From assembly GCF_030028105.1 (NCBI RefSeq), contig NC_092384.1, forward strand, positions 3,329,665 to 3,393,664: a stretch of DNA of 64,000 nucleotides, read 5' to 3'. The translations under genes and the position numbers were made by a program. The notes under the pieces are model-generated. The model had not been told where the DNA came from and made no database searches. It worked only from the letters and a program-made list of their open reading frames with translations. How positions within the stretch are numbered: position 1 is the first letter of the stretch; every line of letters begins with the position of its first letter. Below are positions 27,222 through 38,700 of the stretch, one piece after another. Origin of the DNA: Mobula birostris. Its lineage: Eukaryota.

Positions 27222-30068
27222 ATGAAGACCAAAGAGCACACCTTCGCGGATCGGTTATTAAAAAGCACAAGCCAGGACATGGATACAAGGAAATTTCGAA
27301 GTCACTGACTATCCCTCGGAGTACAGTTAGGACGATTATCGAGAAATGGAAAGAACCTGGCACAGCTATAATTCTAAATAGAGCAGGCCATCCTTCGAAA
27401 TTGAGTGAGTGCGCAAGATGGACATTAGTGAGGGAGGCCTCCAAGAGACCTATGACCTCTCCGGAGGTACTACAAGTTTCAGCGGCTGAAGTGGGAGAGA
27501 CTGCGCATACAACAACTGTTGCACGGGTGCTTCACCATTCGCAGCTTTATGGGAGAGTGGCAAAGAGAAGCCACTGTTGAAAAAAAACAACTCGCATGAA
27601 ATCTTGGCAAGGGTTTACCATTACTCATGTAGGAGATTCTGAAGTCAGCTGGCAGAAGGTTCTACGATCTGAAGAATCCAAAAGTGAACTCGTTGGCCAT
27701 CAGACTAAATGCTATTTTTGGCGTAAGCAAAACACCGCACATCATCTCTACTGTGAAGCAAGGTGTTGGCTGCATCATATTGTTGGATGCTTTACTGCAA
27801 AATGCCCTGGAAGACTTGTGAAGGTAAACGGTTAAATGAATGGGGCTAAATACAGGGCAATCCTGGAGGAAAACTTGGGGGAAGATTTGCTTTCCAGCAA
27901 GAAATGACTTCAAGCAGAAAGACCATAAGACATTAAGGCCATAAGACATTGGAGCAGAATGAGGACGTTCAGCCCATCGAGTCTGCTCCACTACTTCATC
28001 ATGGCTGAACCCAGATCCCATTCAAACACTTACACCTGCCCTTTCACCAAACCCCTTAATGCCAGATCAATCAGGAACTTATCAGCTTCCACTTTAAATA
28101 TATCTACGGACTTGGCATGCACCACAGTCTGTGGCAGAGCATTCCACAGATTCACCACCCTTTGGCTTAAAAAAAAAATCTTCTTACTTCTGTTTTAAAA
28201 GGTCGCCCCTCAATTTTTAGGCTGTGCCCTTTAGTTCTGGACATCCCCAGCTGCGGAAACATCCACCCTATCTAGCCCGTTTAGCATCCGGTAGCTATCA
28301 ATAAGATCCTTCATTAACGTAAATTGCAGTGAATACAGTCCCAAAGCTGACAAGCGCTCCTTATACGTTACTGCCATCATGCCGAAATTAACCACGGGAA
28401 CCTCTTCTGGACTTTCTCCAATGACAACACATCCGTTTTGTGATACGGGGCCCAAAACCTTTGACAATACTCGAAGTGTGGCCTGACTAATGTCCATTAA
28501 AGCCTCAGAATTATCTTCTAGTTTTTATATTCTACTCCCCTTTAAATAAATGTCAAAATGGTATTACCTTCGTTACCACAGACTGAACCTGCGAATGAAA
28601 CTTCTCAGAATCTTGCACGAGGACCCCTAAGTTCCTTTGCAACTTTGATGTTTGAATGCACTCCCCATTTAGATATTAGTCTGTACTATTGTTCTTTTTG
28701 TCAAAATGCATTATCATACTTCTCCCAACATTGTATTCCATCTGCCACTTATTTGCTCACTCTTCCAATTTGTCTACAATCGCATTGCTTCCTCAGCACT
28801 ACCTACCTCTCCACCTATCTTCGTATCATCCACAATCTTCGCCACAAAGTCATCAGTTACATTATCTAAATCACTGTCAAGCAACGTGAAAAGTAGCGAT
28901 CCTAATATTGACTCCTAAGTAACACCACTAGTCACTAGCAGCAAACCAGCAACGACCCCCTGTATTCGCACTCGCTTCCTCCTGCCTGTCAGCCATTCCT
29001 ATATCCATGCTAGTATGCTTCCTGTAACACCATAGGATTTTATTTTGTTACGCAGCCTTACGTGAGGCACCTTAACAAATGCATTCTGGAAGTCTAAATA
29101 AATGACATCTACTGCCTCTCCCTTCTCCAATCTGCTCGTTACATCTCTAGGAATTCTAACAAATTTGTCAGACAACATTTCCCTTCACCGAAACCATGTT
29201 GACTTTGACTTACTTCGTCATGTGTCTTCAAGTACCCCGAAAGGTCATACTTATAATGAACTCTACCTATTTCCCAACCACTGAGGTTAGGCTAACTGGC
29301 CGATAATTTCCTCCCATCTGTCTTCTTCTCTTCTTAAAGAGTGGAATTACATTTGCAATTTTGAGGTCCGCCGGGACCATGGTAGAATCAAGTGATTCTT
29401 GAAAGGTCATGAACAATGCATCCATTTTCTCTTCAGCAACCTCCTTTAGGACGCAGGGCTATAGTCCATCTGCTCCAGTTGACTTATATACTTTAAGCCC
29501 TTTAAGTTTACCTGGCACCTTTTCCTTTGTAGTAGCAATGGCACTCACTGCTGGTACACACGAGCCTCTGGCATCAAGCCAAATTTACACAGGAATGGCT
29601 TAAATGCAATAATGTTAATGTCCTTGAATGGCCAAGTCAGAGTCCGGACCTCAATCCAATTGAGTATTTGTGGCTGGAGTTGAATAGGGCTGTTCACTCA
29701 CGATCCCCATGTAATATGACTGAGCTTGTTCTGTAAAGAAGAATGCGAAAAACTTGTCGTGCCCAGATATGAAAAGCTCATAGAGACCTATCCACCAAGA
29801 CTCAAGGGTGAAATTTCTGCCAAAGGTACACATCCTAAATGCTGCCTTGAAGGGAGTGATTACATATGCATTTTATTTTTTTTTTTGTTTTTGTTTTATG
29901 TTTGGAATTAACTTAGATCACTTTGTAGAGATCTTTTTTCACCTTGACAGGAGAGTTTATTTTCTGTTGATCAGTGTATAAAAGCCAAATTAAATCCAGG
30001 GCCATTTAATGTTGTAAAAATGAAACCTGAAAACTTCCAAGGGGGCTGAATGCCTTTTATAGGCACTG
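27222..30068 (+). mobile_element. Tc1/mariner transposon split by a CR1 insertion
   Basis: MKTKEH start at 27222, decayed HTH and catalytic segments to 27910. Resumes at about 29590 with [12 protein letters not shown]. The right TIR-like TTTTATAGGCACTG ends near 30068. No clear left TIR was found. Confidence 0.88.
27911..29575 (-). mobile_element. CR1 RT/3' end inserted in Tc1
   Basis: CCATAAGACA-type tail at 27911-27950, with decayed RT downstream on the minus strand. Confidence 0.85.
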
Positions 30069-31021
30069 TGTATTGAGAACGTCTATTAACCATGAGTGTG
30101 GAGCAGAACGAAATGCTTTTAGGTAGTCAACATTCTGTGGGACATGACTTCAAATTGAAAAATCTATCAATAGTTGCTCTTTACAGCCTTTCATGACTTC
30201 ACAGCATCCTTTCTGCTCTTAGAATGGTGACAAATATTAGGATAATAGGCTCGAGATCGTTCTGTGCTGTTGTTGTTGTCACCAGGCTAAGTGCCAGTTA
30301 AAGTAATTGTATTTTCTTCAACGCTTCGGTGGAATGCATCTTCATTAGTTTCCTGAATAGCATTGTTGTGGTCTTTATGTCGGTTTACAGCTTCTGTGCA
30401 ACTTTACGTTTTATTTAGTTTAACATGTCTACAGCGATTAAGTTATATTTTTTACTGTTACTCTACGTTGATCATCAATTTGTTGAGCATTTACTTGCAT
30501 GAAGGGATATTGCGCTACAGGCTGACGACCTTTTTCCCTGTATGTTGTTATGTCATTTCAAGTTCCGTTACTCGATAATAAACATCATTTTGAATTTATT
30601 TAATTCTAATGGCCAATTAATTCCTGTCTTTATTTTCTTAACTGCATGACTGGTCTCAGTTGTAAGTGGGCATTTTATCTTTTTTATGTATTTATCAGCT
30701 GAAGATGGTAAAGCCAGAGGTACGGACATAGCCAAGCACATTCACTTCTCAAATGCTAGGAACTCTCGAACTATGCTAGTGGTGATTAGCATTATGGACT
30801 TCTGGTGGTTTAGGTAGATTTTGCTATGTTAATCGAATTGTTAAATGTTATTGTGTTGTGACATTGGGATGTTGCTATTGTAGATATTACTATTGTTCAT
30901 GTTCCACAGTCTTTCATTTTTCTTCTTTTAATTCAGTATACTTATGGTGTTTTGATTTCAGTATGTTATCTGTGTTTGGAGTAGCTATAAATGTCAAGTA
31001 AGTTGTTTAGGCTTGTTTACC

Positions 31022-31022
<1 letters not shown>

Positions 31023-31094
<72 letters not shown>
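31023..31094. repeat. Compound microsatellite (TAT)n(AGT)n
   Basis: Directly visible. Confidence 0.97.
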
Positions 31095-31182
31095 TCATCT
31101 CAGCTCAAGCTGGTAAAATCTGCGGCATGGTCAAAGCCAAGCATTATTCATGTATCAATTGTTAGGAGACTTCGGACTATCT

Positions 31183-31400
31183 TAGTTGTGCTACTACAAA
31201 TTGCTGGTGAACGCAGCAGGCCAGGCAGTATCTCTAGGAAGAGGTACAGTCGACGTATTGGGCCGAGACCGTTCGTCGGGGTTTCACCCCGAAACGTCGA
31301 CTGTACCTCTTCCTATAGATGCTGCCTGGCCTGCGCGTTGACCAGCATCCTTTACGTGTGTTGCTTGAAATTCCAATATCTGCAGACTTCCTCGTGTTAG
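31183..31400. mobile_element. Penelope-derived palindromic (hairpin) element
   Basis: Arms 31202-31256 and 31293-31347 are near reverse complements (TGCTGGTGAACGCAGCAGGCCAGGCAG...GTCGAC). Confidence 0.8.
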
Positions 31401-31559
31401 TAGTGTTTAGTTTTGTTTTTCTGGAGATTTGTGAAGATATTGCTGAGCAGCCCTAATTATTTAAAACTATTGTGTCGTGAAGTTGAGATGGTACCATTTG
31501 TGGATCTTACTCTTGTTATGATGCATATTGAACAGACGACGTGAGAGGTTGCGTGATGA

Positions 31560-32195
31560 GAGTTAGCATTGATCACCATTTTAAAGGCAGAGCTTTGCGG
31601 CAGACACTTTGAATTGAGGAGTGACCAATGAGCAAGAGGGATTCATTAGAAAGGACCAATAAAAAGAGCACAGGTGCAATCAGAGCGACCATTCTTTTGA
31701 ATGTGCCAGTGCTTCGAGTGGCTTTGGCCCATTGGTTTTGACGAGATCAGGTTTGGGCGAAGTTAATATTTGGTAGGGTACCCTAAGTCATTTCTTATTT
31801 GTACATCGAGCGTCTGTTGGGGCATGGTAGGGAAGTGCGAATGGCTCCAGGAACAGTCTTTCGTACTGTGTGTGGGATGTAGGAAGCGCACCGAACTGCA
31901 TCTCTTGAGAGAACGGATGATGGAACTGGAGCTGCAGCTCGATGACCTTCGGCATACGGGAGAGTGAGGAGATGATAGACAGAAGATGCAGTGAGCCAGT
32001 CACCATTAAACTGCAGGAGAAAAGTAACTGAGTGACTGTCAGTGGAAGAAGGTGAAATGTACAGCCAGTGCAGTGTCCACCTGTGACCATTACCCTCAAT
32101 AATAAGTATACAACTTCAGATACTATTGAGTGGGACGACCTACAGAAAGAGTCACTGTGTCTGAGTCTCTGACAGTGCGTCTGGTGCTATTGCTT
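31560..32195 (+). mobile_element. CR1 5' UTR and ORF1 N-terminus
   Basis: ORF 31770-31967 has CVGCRKRTELHLLRERMMELELQLDDLR, matching the ORF1 start at 23075. Confidence 0.7.
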
Positions 32196-32199
32196 TGTA

Positions 32200-33729
32200 G
32201 AAAATAGACAATAGACCATAGGTGCAGGAGTAGGCCATTCGGCTCTTCGAGCCAGCACCGTCATTCACTGTGATCATGGCTCATCATCCACAATCAGTGT
32301 TCAGTTCCTGTCTTATCCCCAAGACCTTTGATTCCGCTATCTGTAAGAGCTCTATCCATCTCTTTCTTGATATCATCCTGAGACTTGGCCTCCACAGCCT
32401 TCTGGGGAAGAGCATTCCAAATATCCACCATTCTCTGGGTGAAAAAGGTTTTCCCTCAACTCCGTTCTAAATGGCCTATCCCTTATACTTAAACTGTGGC
32501 ATCTGGTTCTGGACTCACCCATTAGCGGGAACATGCTTCCTGTCTCCAGCGTGTCCACTCCCTTAATATTCTTATATGTTTCAATCAGATCCTTCTATAT
32601 TCCAGTGTATACAAACCCAGTCGCTCCAATCTTTCGACATATGACAGTCCCGCCATTCTGGGAATTAACCGTGTGAATTACGCTGCACTCCCTCAATAGA
32701 AAGAATGTTCTTCCTCAAATTTGGAGATGAAAACTGCAGACAGTACTCCAGGCGTGGTCTCACCAGGGGGCTGTACAACTGCAGAAGGACCTTTTTGCTC
32801 CTATACTCAATTGCCCTTGTTACGAAGGCCGGCATGCCATTAGCTTTCTTCACTGTCTGCTGTACCTGCATGTTTGCTTTCAGTGACTGATGTACAAGAA
32901 CACCTAGATCTCGTTCTACTTCCCCTTTTCCTCACTTGACTCCATTTAGATAATAATCTGCCTTCCTGTTCTTATCACCAAAGTGGATAACCTCAAATGT
33001 ATCCACATTAAACTGCATCTGCCATGCATCCGCCCACTCACCCAGCCTGTCCAAGTCACCCTGCATTCTCATAACATTCTCTTCACATTTCACACTGCCA
33101 CCCAGCTTTATGTCATCTGCAAATTAGCTGATGTTACTTTTAATCCCTTCATCGAAATCATTAATGCATATTGTAAACAACTGCGGTCCCAGCACTGAAC
33201 CCTGTGGTACCCCACTAGTAACTACCTGCCATTCGGAAAGGGTCCCGTGAATCGCTAATCTTTGTTTCCTGTCAGCCAGCCTATTTTCAATCCATGTCAG
33301 TACTCTGTCCCCAACATCATGTGCCCTAATTTTGCCCACGAATCTCCTATGTGGGACTTTATCAAAGGTTTTCTGAAAGTGCAGGTACACCTCATCTATT
33401 GGCTGTCCCTTGTCCATTTTCATAGTTACATCCTCAAAAAATTCCAGAAGATAAGTCAGGCACGATTTCCCCTTCGTAAATCGATGCTGACTCGGACCGA
33501 TCATGTCACTGCCATCCAAATGTGTCGTAATTTCATCTTTTATAATTGACTCCAACAACTTTCCCACCACTGTAGTCAGGCTAACCGGTCTATAATTCCT
33601 TGTTTTCTATCTCCCTGCTTTCTTGAAAAGTGGGATAACATTAGCCACCCTCCATTCCACAGGAACAGATCCTGAATCTATAGAACATTGGAAAATGATT
33701 ACCAATGCGTCCACGATTTCTAAAGCTAC
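32200..33729 (-). mobile_element. CR1 LINE, same family as 135-2465, cut by an LTR
   Basis: Highly similar to 146-1680. ORF 33124-33570 carries SGVPQGSVLGP. Confidence 0.92.
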
Positions 33730-35794
33730 TGTGACGAGAATACACATAAAATCAAGATGTTTGCTGGCTTGGGTTAGCATCAGTGGCATCAGCAGTTGGT
33801 CTGCCATCTGTCCTCAGGGGAAGGAGAGATAAGGAACAATGGAGCAGCGTCTGGAGATGTGTAATGAAGGGACGGGAGAGAGAGCTGTCTGGAGCGGCTC
33901 CCCCTTTGAACCCTGAACTGTCTGAAGTGATGGACAGGCGATACCCCAGCAGGGGGATAAAAAGGGATAGGTTCGCTAAGGGACACACACGACACCCGAG
34001 GTAACGAGACCCTGGAAGTGGTGCGCCTCTCACGAGTCGGTGGGAAGTACCGGACCTTAAACGCACAGGGTGGAAAGATACGATCAGCGGGAACCTGGTG
34101 TGTGTCCACCCTCGCTTGGGTGCCGGGTTCACTGCAGAGGATGGATCGCATCAGGAGGAGGGGTCACAGTCGGTGACCTCAGGTGACATCACAAAGGACC
34201 TGCCCGAAAGCTGCTTGTGAGCCATATCGCCGGTCTGTGAGTCGAAGCCGTTCTGAATGATCAGTCGTTCCCGTTCTCTCTCTCTCTCTCCCCCCACGTT
34301 GTCCATCGCCATGGCAACGATTACTGCGAACTGAACTACTAAATTGGACTGAACTTTGTGTCACCTTGAAATTGGTCATTTACCCCTAGACAACGATAGA
34401 GCTTGATTGGTGCTGTTATCTTAATTCTGTGCACATGTGTGTTTATCATTGCTGAATTGTTGCATTTATTATCCTTTCCATTACTGTGTTGCTGTTTCTT
34501 TAATAAAACTTTCTTAGTTCTAGTAATCCAAACTCCAACTGAGTGATCCATTTCTGCTGGTTTGGCAATCCAGTTACGCGGTAAGTAGCATAAGTGGAGT
34601 TCTCGTCCGCGATTTTGAACGCTAAATTTGGGACGGAGTAAATTGATTGGGTTAAAATTCCCGAAAGAAAGAAAAGACAAACAGCAGAAATGGAGGCTGA
34701 GGAATTTATAAAGGCACCGACCTTGGAGGCATTAGAGGATGCCAGGAAATCGGAATTGGTAGCTGTGGCCAAACGGTTGAATCTTGCTAAGGTGAAGTCG
34801 ACAATGAGGAGAGAGGAGATACACAGAGCTATCGTAGAGCACTATGTATCTAAAGGTGTGTTTCCCCAAGGCGAGCTGGGGGTGGTGCCTATTGAAAAAC
34901 CTGCTGGGGACGCGGTACAGGTGCAGCTTGAAAAACTGAGACTCGAGCATGAGTTCCGGGTATGACAGTTGGAGCGAGAAAAGAAAGAGAGNNNNNNNNN
35001 NNNNNNNNNNNNNNNNNNNNNNNNNNNNNNNNNNNNNNNNNNNNNNNNNNNNNNNNNNNNNNNNNNNNNNNNNNNNNNNNNNNNNNNNNNNNNNNNNNNN
35101 NNNNNNNNNNNNNNNNNNNNNNNNNNNNNNNNNNNNNNNNNNGAAGAGAAAGAGAAGGACAGACAGTTGGAGAGAGAGGAGAAACAGAGGGAAAGGGAAT
35201 TCGAATTGGAGAAGTTAAGGTTAAGGGCCGATCAGGGGCTCTTGCCGAACCAAGGTGGAGGGTTCCGGGCGACCCAGGAGGTTAGGCTGGTTCCCCCATT
35301 TGACGATACCGACGTGGATCGGTACTTTCTCCACTTCGAAAAAGTGACTATAAGTAAGGAATGGCTGAGGGATAAGTGGGCTGTGTTACTTCAGAGTGTA
35401 CTGAACGGGAAAGCCCAAGAAGCTTACTCCGCTTTGTCCGCGGAAGATGCCCAGAGGTATGAGGTGCTAAAAGAGGTCATCCTCAGGATTTATGAGTTGG
35501 TCCCGGAGGCATACCGGCAGAGATTCCGGAATGCGAGGACGTAGTGGGACCGCACGTATTTGGAGTTTGGCCGTGAGATGCAGACATATTGTGAGCGTTG
35601 GTGCGCCTCAAAGGGGGTAGAGGGGGATTATGACAGACTGCTACAACTTATCCTGATTGAGCAGTTTAAAGGTTGTGCTCCTGAGGGTATGAGACCCTAC
35701 CTCGATGAGAAAGAGGCAGCCACGTTAGCCGCAACTGCTAAGTTAGCGTATGAGTATCCGTTGACGCATAAAATGAAGTTTGCCCCGAGTAAAG
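33730..35794 (+). mobile_element. Gmr1-like Ty3/Gypsy 5' LTR, PBS and SCAN-domain gag, truncated
   Basis: LTR TGTGACGAG at 33730 to about 34590. Degenerate tRNA-Pro PBS TGGAGTTCTCGTCCGCGAT at 34595-34613. Gag from 34690 with VPPFDDTDVDRYFLHFE and SCAN-like YELVPEAYRQRFR...LILIEQF. Confidence 0.85.
34992..35142. other. Run of N (assembly gap or mask) in the gag coiled-coil repeat
   Basis: N bases flanked by GAGAGA/GAAGAG-rich EREK-coding repeats. Confidence 0.98.
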
Positions 35795-38700
35795 CTTGAG
35801 CATACCTGGTGTAGTGGTCCGTGATGACCAAGACATTCGCCGTGTTGCTGGCATGGGGTTCTATGGCCCGGAAATCCATACACACCAGGTCCAAAGCCCC
35901 CGCACTGTGCAATGGGACAAAGGGGCAACCTGCCCGGGCAGCATCTTCCGTCATATGCAACGAATAGAGGACTTGCAGTACTCTTCCATCTCTGTCCTCA
36001 TTCGGGACCAGTAAATCAGATCCTTGAGCTATCCATAGGTCTTTTCCAGGCCCAAATGTCCAGAGTCATTATGGAAGGACTTCAACACAACCTTTCGATA
36101 CTTTTCAGGCAGGACCAGCTGCCAACACCGACACTGGTTCGGGTGTGACGTTACCCAGATTTACACTTGGTTCTTCAACCTCAACCGAAGCTATTCTCTC
36201 AGTAACCGAGACACTGAACCATGTTTTGCTTTCTCTGTCCGTGTCACATCCCCCTCTTCCACGGCATACCAGACCGGGCCTGTGCCCGGGTCATCTCGCT
36301 GAACAGCGGCCACTTCCCCCAGGGCTTAACCGTGGCAGCTGCATGGTCTTCAGAGCAGTCATGTCACAGTAAACTAGAGGCAGGGCGTCATGGGACGCTC
36401 CCAATGAGTCCACTGCTCGATCTGGCCTCTCCTTCTCCTCAGCATGCACGGTGCTAGCAAACTGACATATGGCCTTCACTCCGGATGCAGGATCGCTCTC
36501 CCTCGGACGTACTTCTCAAGCTCCTCATGCTCCCGTCGGGACAGGACATCCGCGTCGACATTCCGGCTCCCCGCCGGTACTTCAGGCTGAAATCAAATTC
36601 AGACAAGGCAGCCAGCCACCGATGGACTGTGGCATCCAGTTTCGCCGAGGTCAGGTTGTAGGTGACTGGTTGTTGCCTGCCCTCACCTCAAGTTTAGCCC
36701 TGTAGGGACAGTCACTCAGTTTACCTACCACCCTTATCAACGCCAGGAACTCCAACTTCTGAGTGGGACAGGTTCTCCCCAAAGGTGACAAACTCCGGCT
36801 GACAAACGCTACAGGCCTTAGGCCAGCGCACTGATCCTGGTATAAAACGGCCCCTAACCCCTCACGGCTGGGGTCCGTGTGTAGCACATAGGGCAATCGA
36901 GCTTCCACAAAAGCCAGTACCGGCGTCTGAGTCAGAATCCGCTTCAGTGACTGGAAAGCCGCTTCACATTGGTCATTCCACCTCTGTCCGAAGGACTCTG
37001 ACGGGTTCAAATATTATCCCACCTCCGGTCCTTTCCTCCCATTCCCCTATGTCGCTGGAGAGGGTAGCTACGCAAAAGCTCATTCAAGGGATGACTCATA
37101 TTGGCGTAGCCCTTCACGAACCTCCGATAGTATCCACAGCGCAGACCACTCACTGTCTGGGGCCTCGGCCAGGTAGTCACCGCTTCGATCTTAGCCGGGA
37201 TTGTGGCTACTCCATCCGCGAGACGATGTGTCGAACATAGTCAACAGACGTTTGGCAGAACTGGCACTTGTCCAGGGCAAGTTTTAACCGTTCCTGCTTC
37301 AGCCGGTCGAGCAGCTTTATTAGTCTCGCTTCGTGTTTTTCCAAGCTGGATCCAAATATTATGAGGTCATCCAAATATACTAGCACTTCGAGCAGGTTCT
37401 TATCCCCCACTCTCTTCTCCATTATCCTCTGGAAAGTGGCATGGGCCCCCGACATGCCCTGCGGCATCGTTTCTAACTGGTAAAATCACAGATGGCATAT
37501 GAAGGCCGTCTTCTCCTTATCGGTCTCACTCATCAGGATCTGCTAATACCCACTCCTCAAATCCAACACGCAATACCACTTCGCTCCACTCAGACAGGCC
37601 AGCGCGTCTTCGACCCGGGGGACCGTGTACTGATCATGCACCGTGCGCCAGTTCAGTGTTCAAAAGTCCATACACATGCGAACCTTCCCATTCTTCATCC
37701 GGGCCACTGCGATAGGAGAAGCATAAGGGCTTCGGGACTCCGTGATGATCCTAGCCTCCTTCAACTTGCGCAAATGCTGCCGCACGTCTTCCACATCTGC
37801 AGGGGTCAATCGCTGTGATCGTTCCCTAAACGGAATTTACTTAGTCACCCGTATGGTGTGGCAAGTGCTCTTGGAGCAACCCACATCAAACTCGTCAAAG
37901 GGAAAAAAAACATTTACTATCGTCAACATCTTCTGCAACAGCCTCCGCTACCAACCCTCCGGCACAGGTGATGTCCCAAAGTTAAAAGCTTCAGCGGTCA
38001 ACTTAGGCCTTTTTTCCCGACAGCTCTCCCAAAATTGGCCTCACGGGGGCGCTATGCATCACCGTCACCGGTAACAAATGCGCTGGAGACATCGCTCGCT
38101 TAAAGGTGACCTCCCATACCGTAGTGTTCCTGACGATCACCACTAGCCTGCGTGCAAGTACCACCGAGTGCTTGTGCAACTCGGGTCTCACCAGCAGCCC
38201 AGCAGGGAATCTCGACCCCCCTCGAGATCTTCTGGCGTTTCCACTAAAAGGACTTCACCCTCAGGCACTCCTGGGAATCTAGGGATCCTCATCACTCTGT
38301 CTACTTCACTCGGCCGTACCACCCTGGGCTTCGACCGGGCAGACCACACAGTGCCTCGTTCACACGCCGCGTCCAGCCCAGGGCGACCCCATGCTTCCTC
38401 AAAAGCAGTTCGGAACACTGGGTGCACGGACAGGGTCTCCAAAAAGTTTTCACCCGCCTTCTCCTTACAGGGTCCCAGAAGTCTCCGTACAATAGGGGTG
38501 TTGGTCCCCACCAGAACTAACACACCTCCAGTCTCAGGTCTCATGAGCCTCGGACACCCCCACCTCAGCTTCCGGGATCTCACGTTTCACAGACAAATAG
38601 TCATCGTACGGGTAATCACCATTACTGATACCCCAAATTTCCAGTGCACTGAAAGGTGTGATGGGTAAATGCACCAGATACTGATCGTAGAACGACCGGT

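Noticed and set aside
34595-34613. tRNA gene
   Set aside because: Only a degenerate primer-binding site complementary to the tRNA-Pro 3' end. The SINE head near 10100 is likewise not a foldable tRNA.
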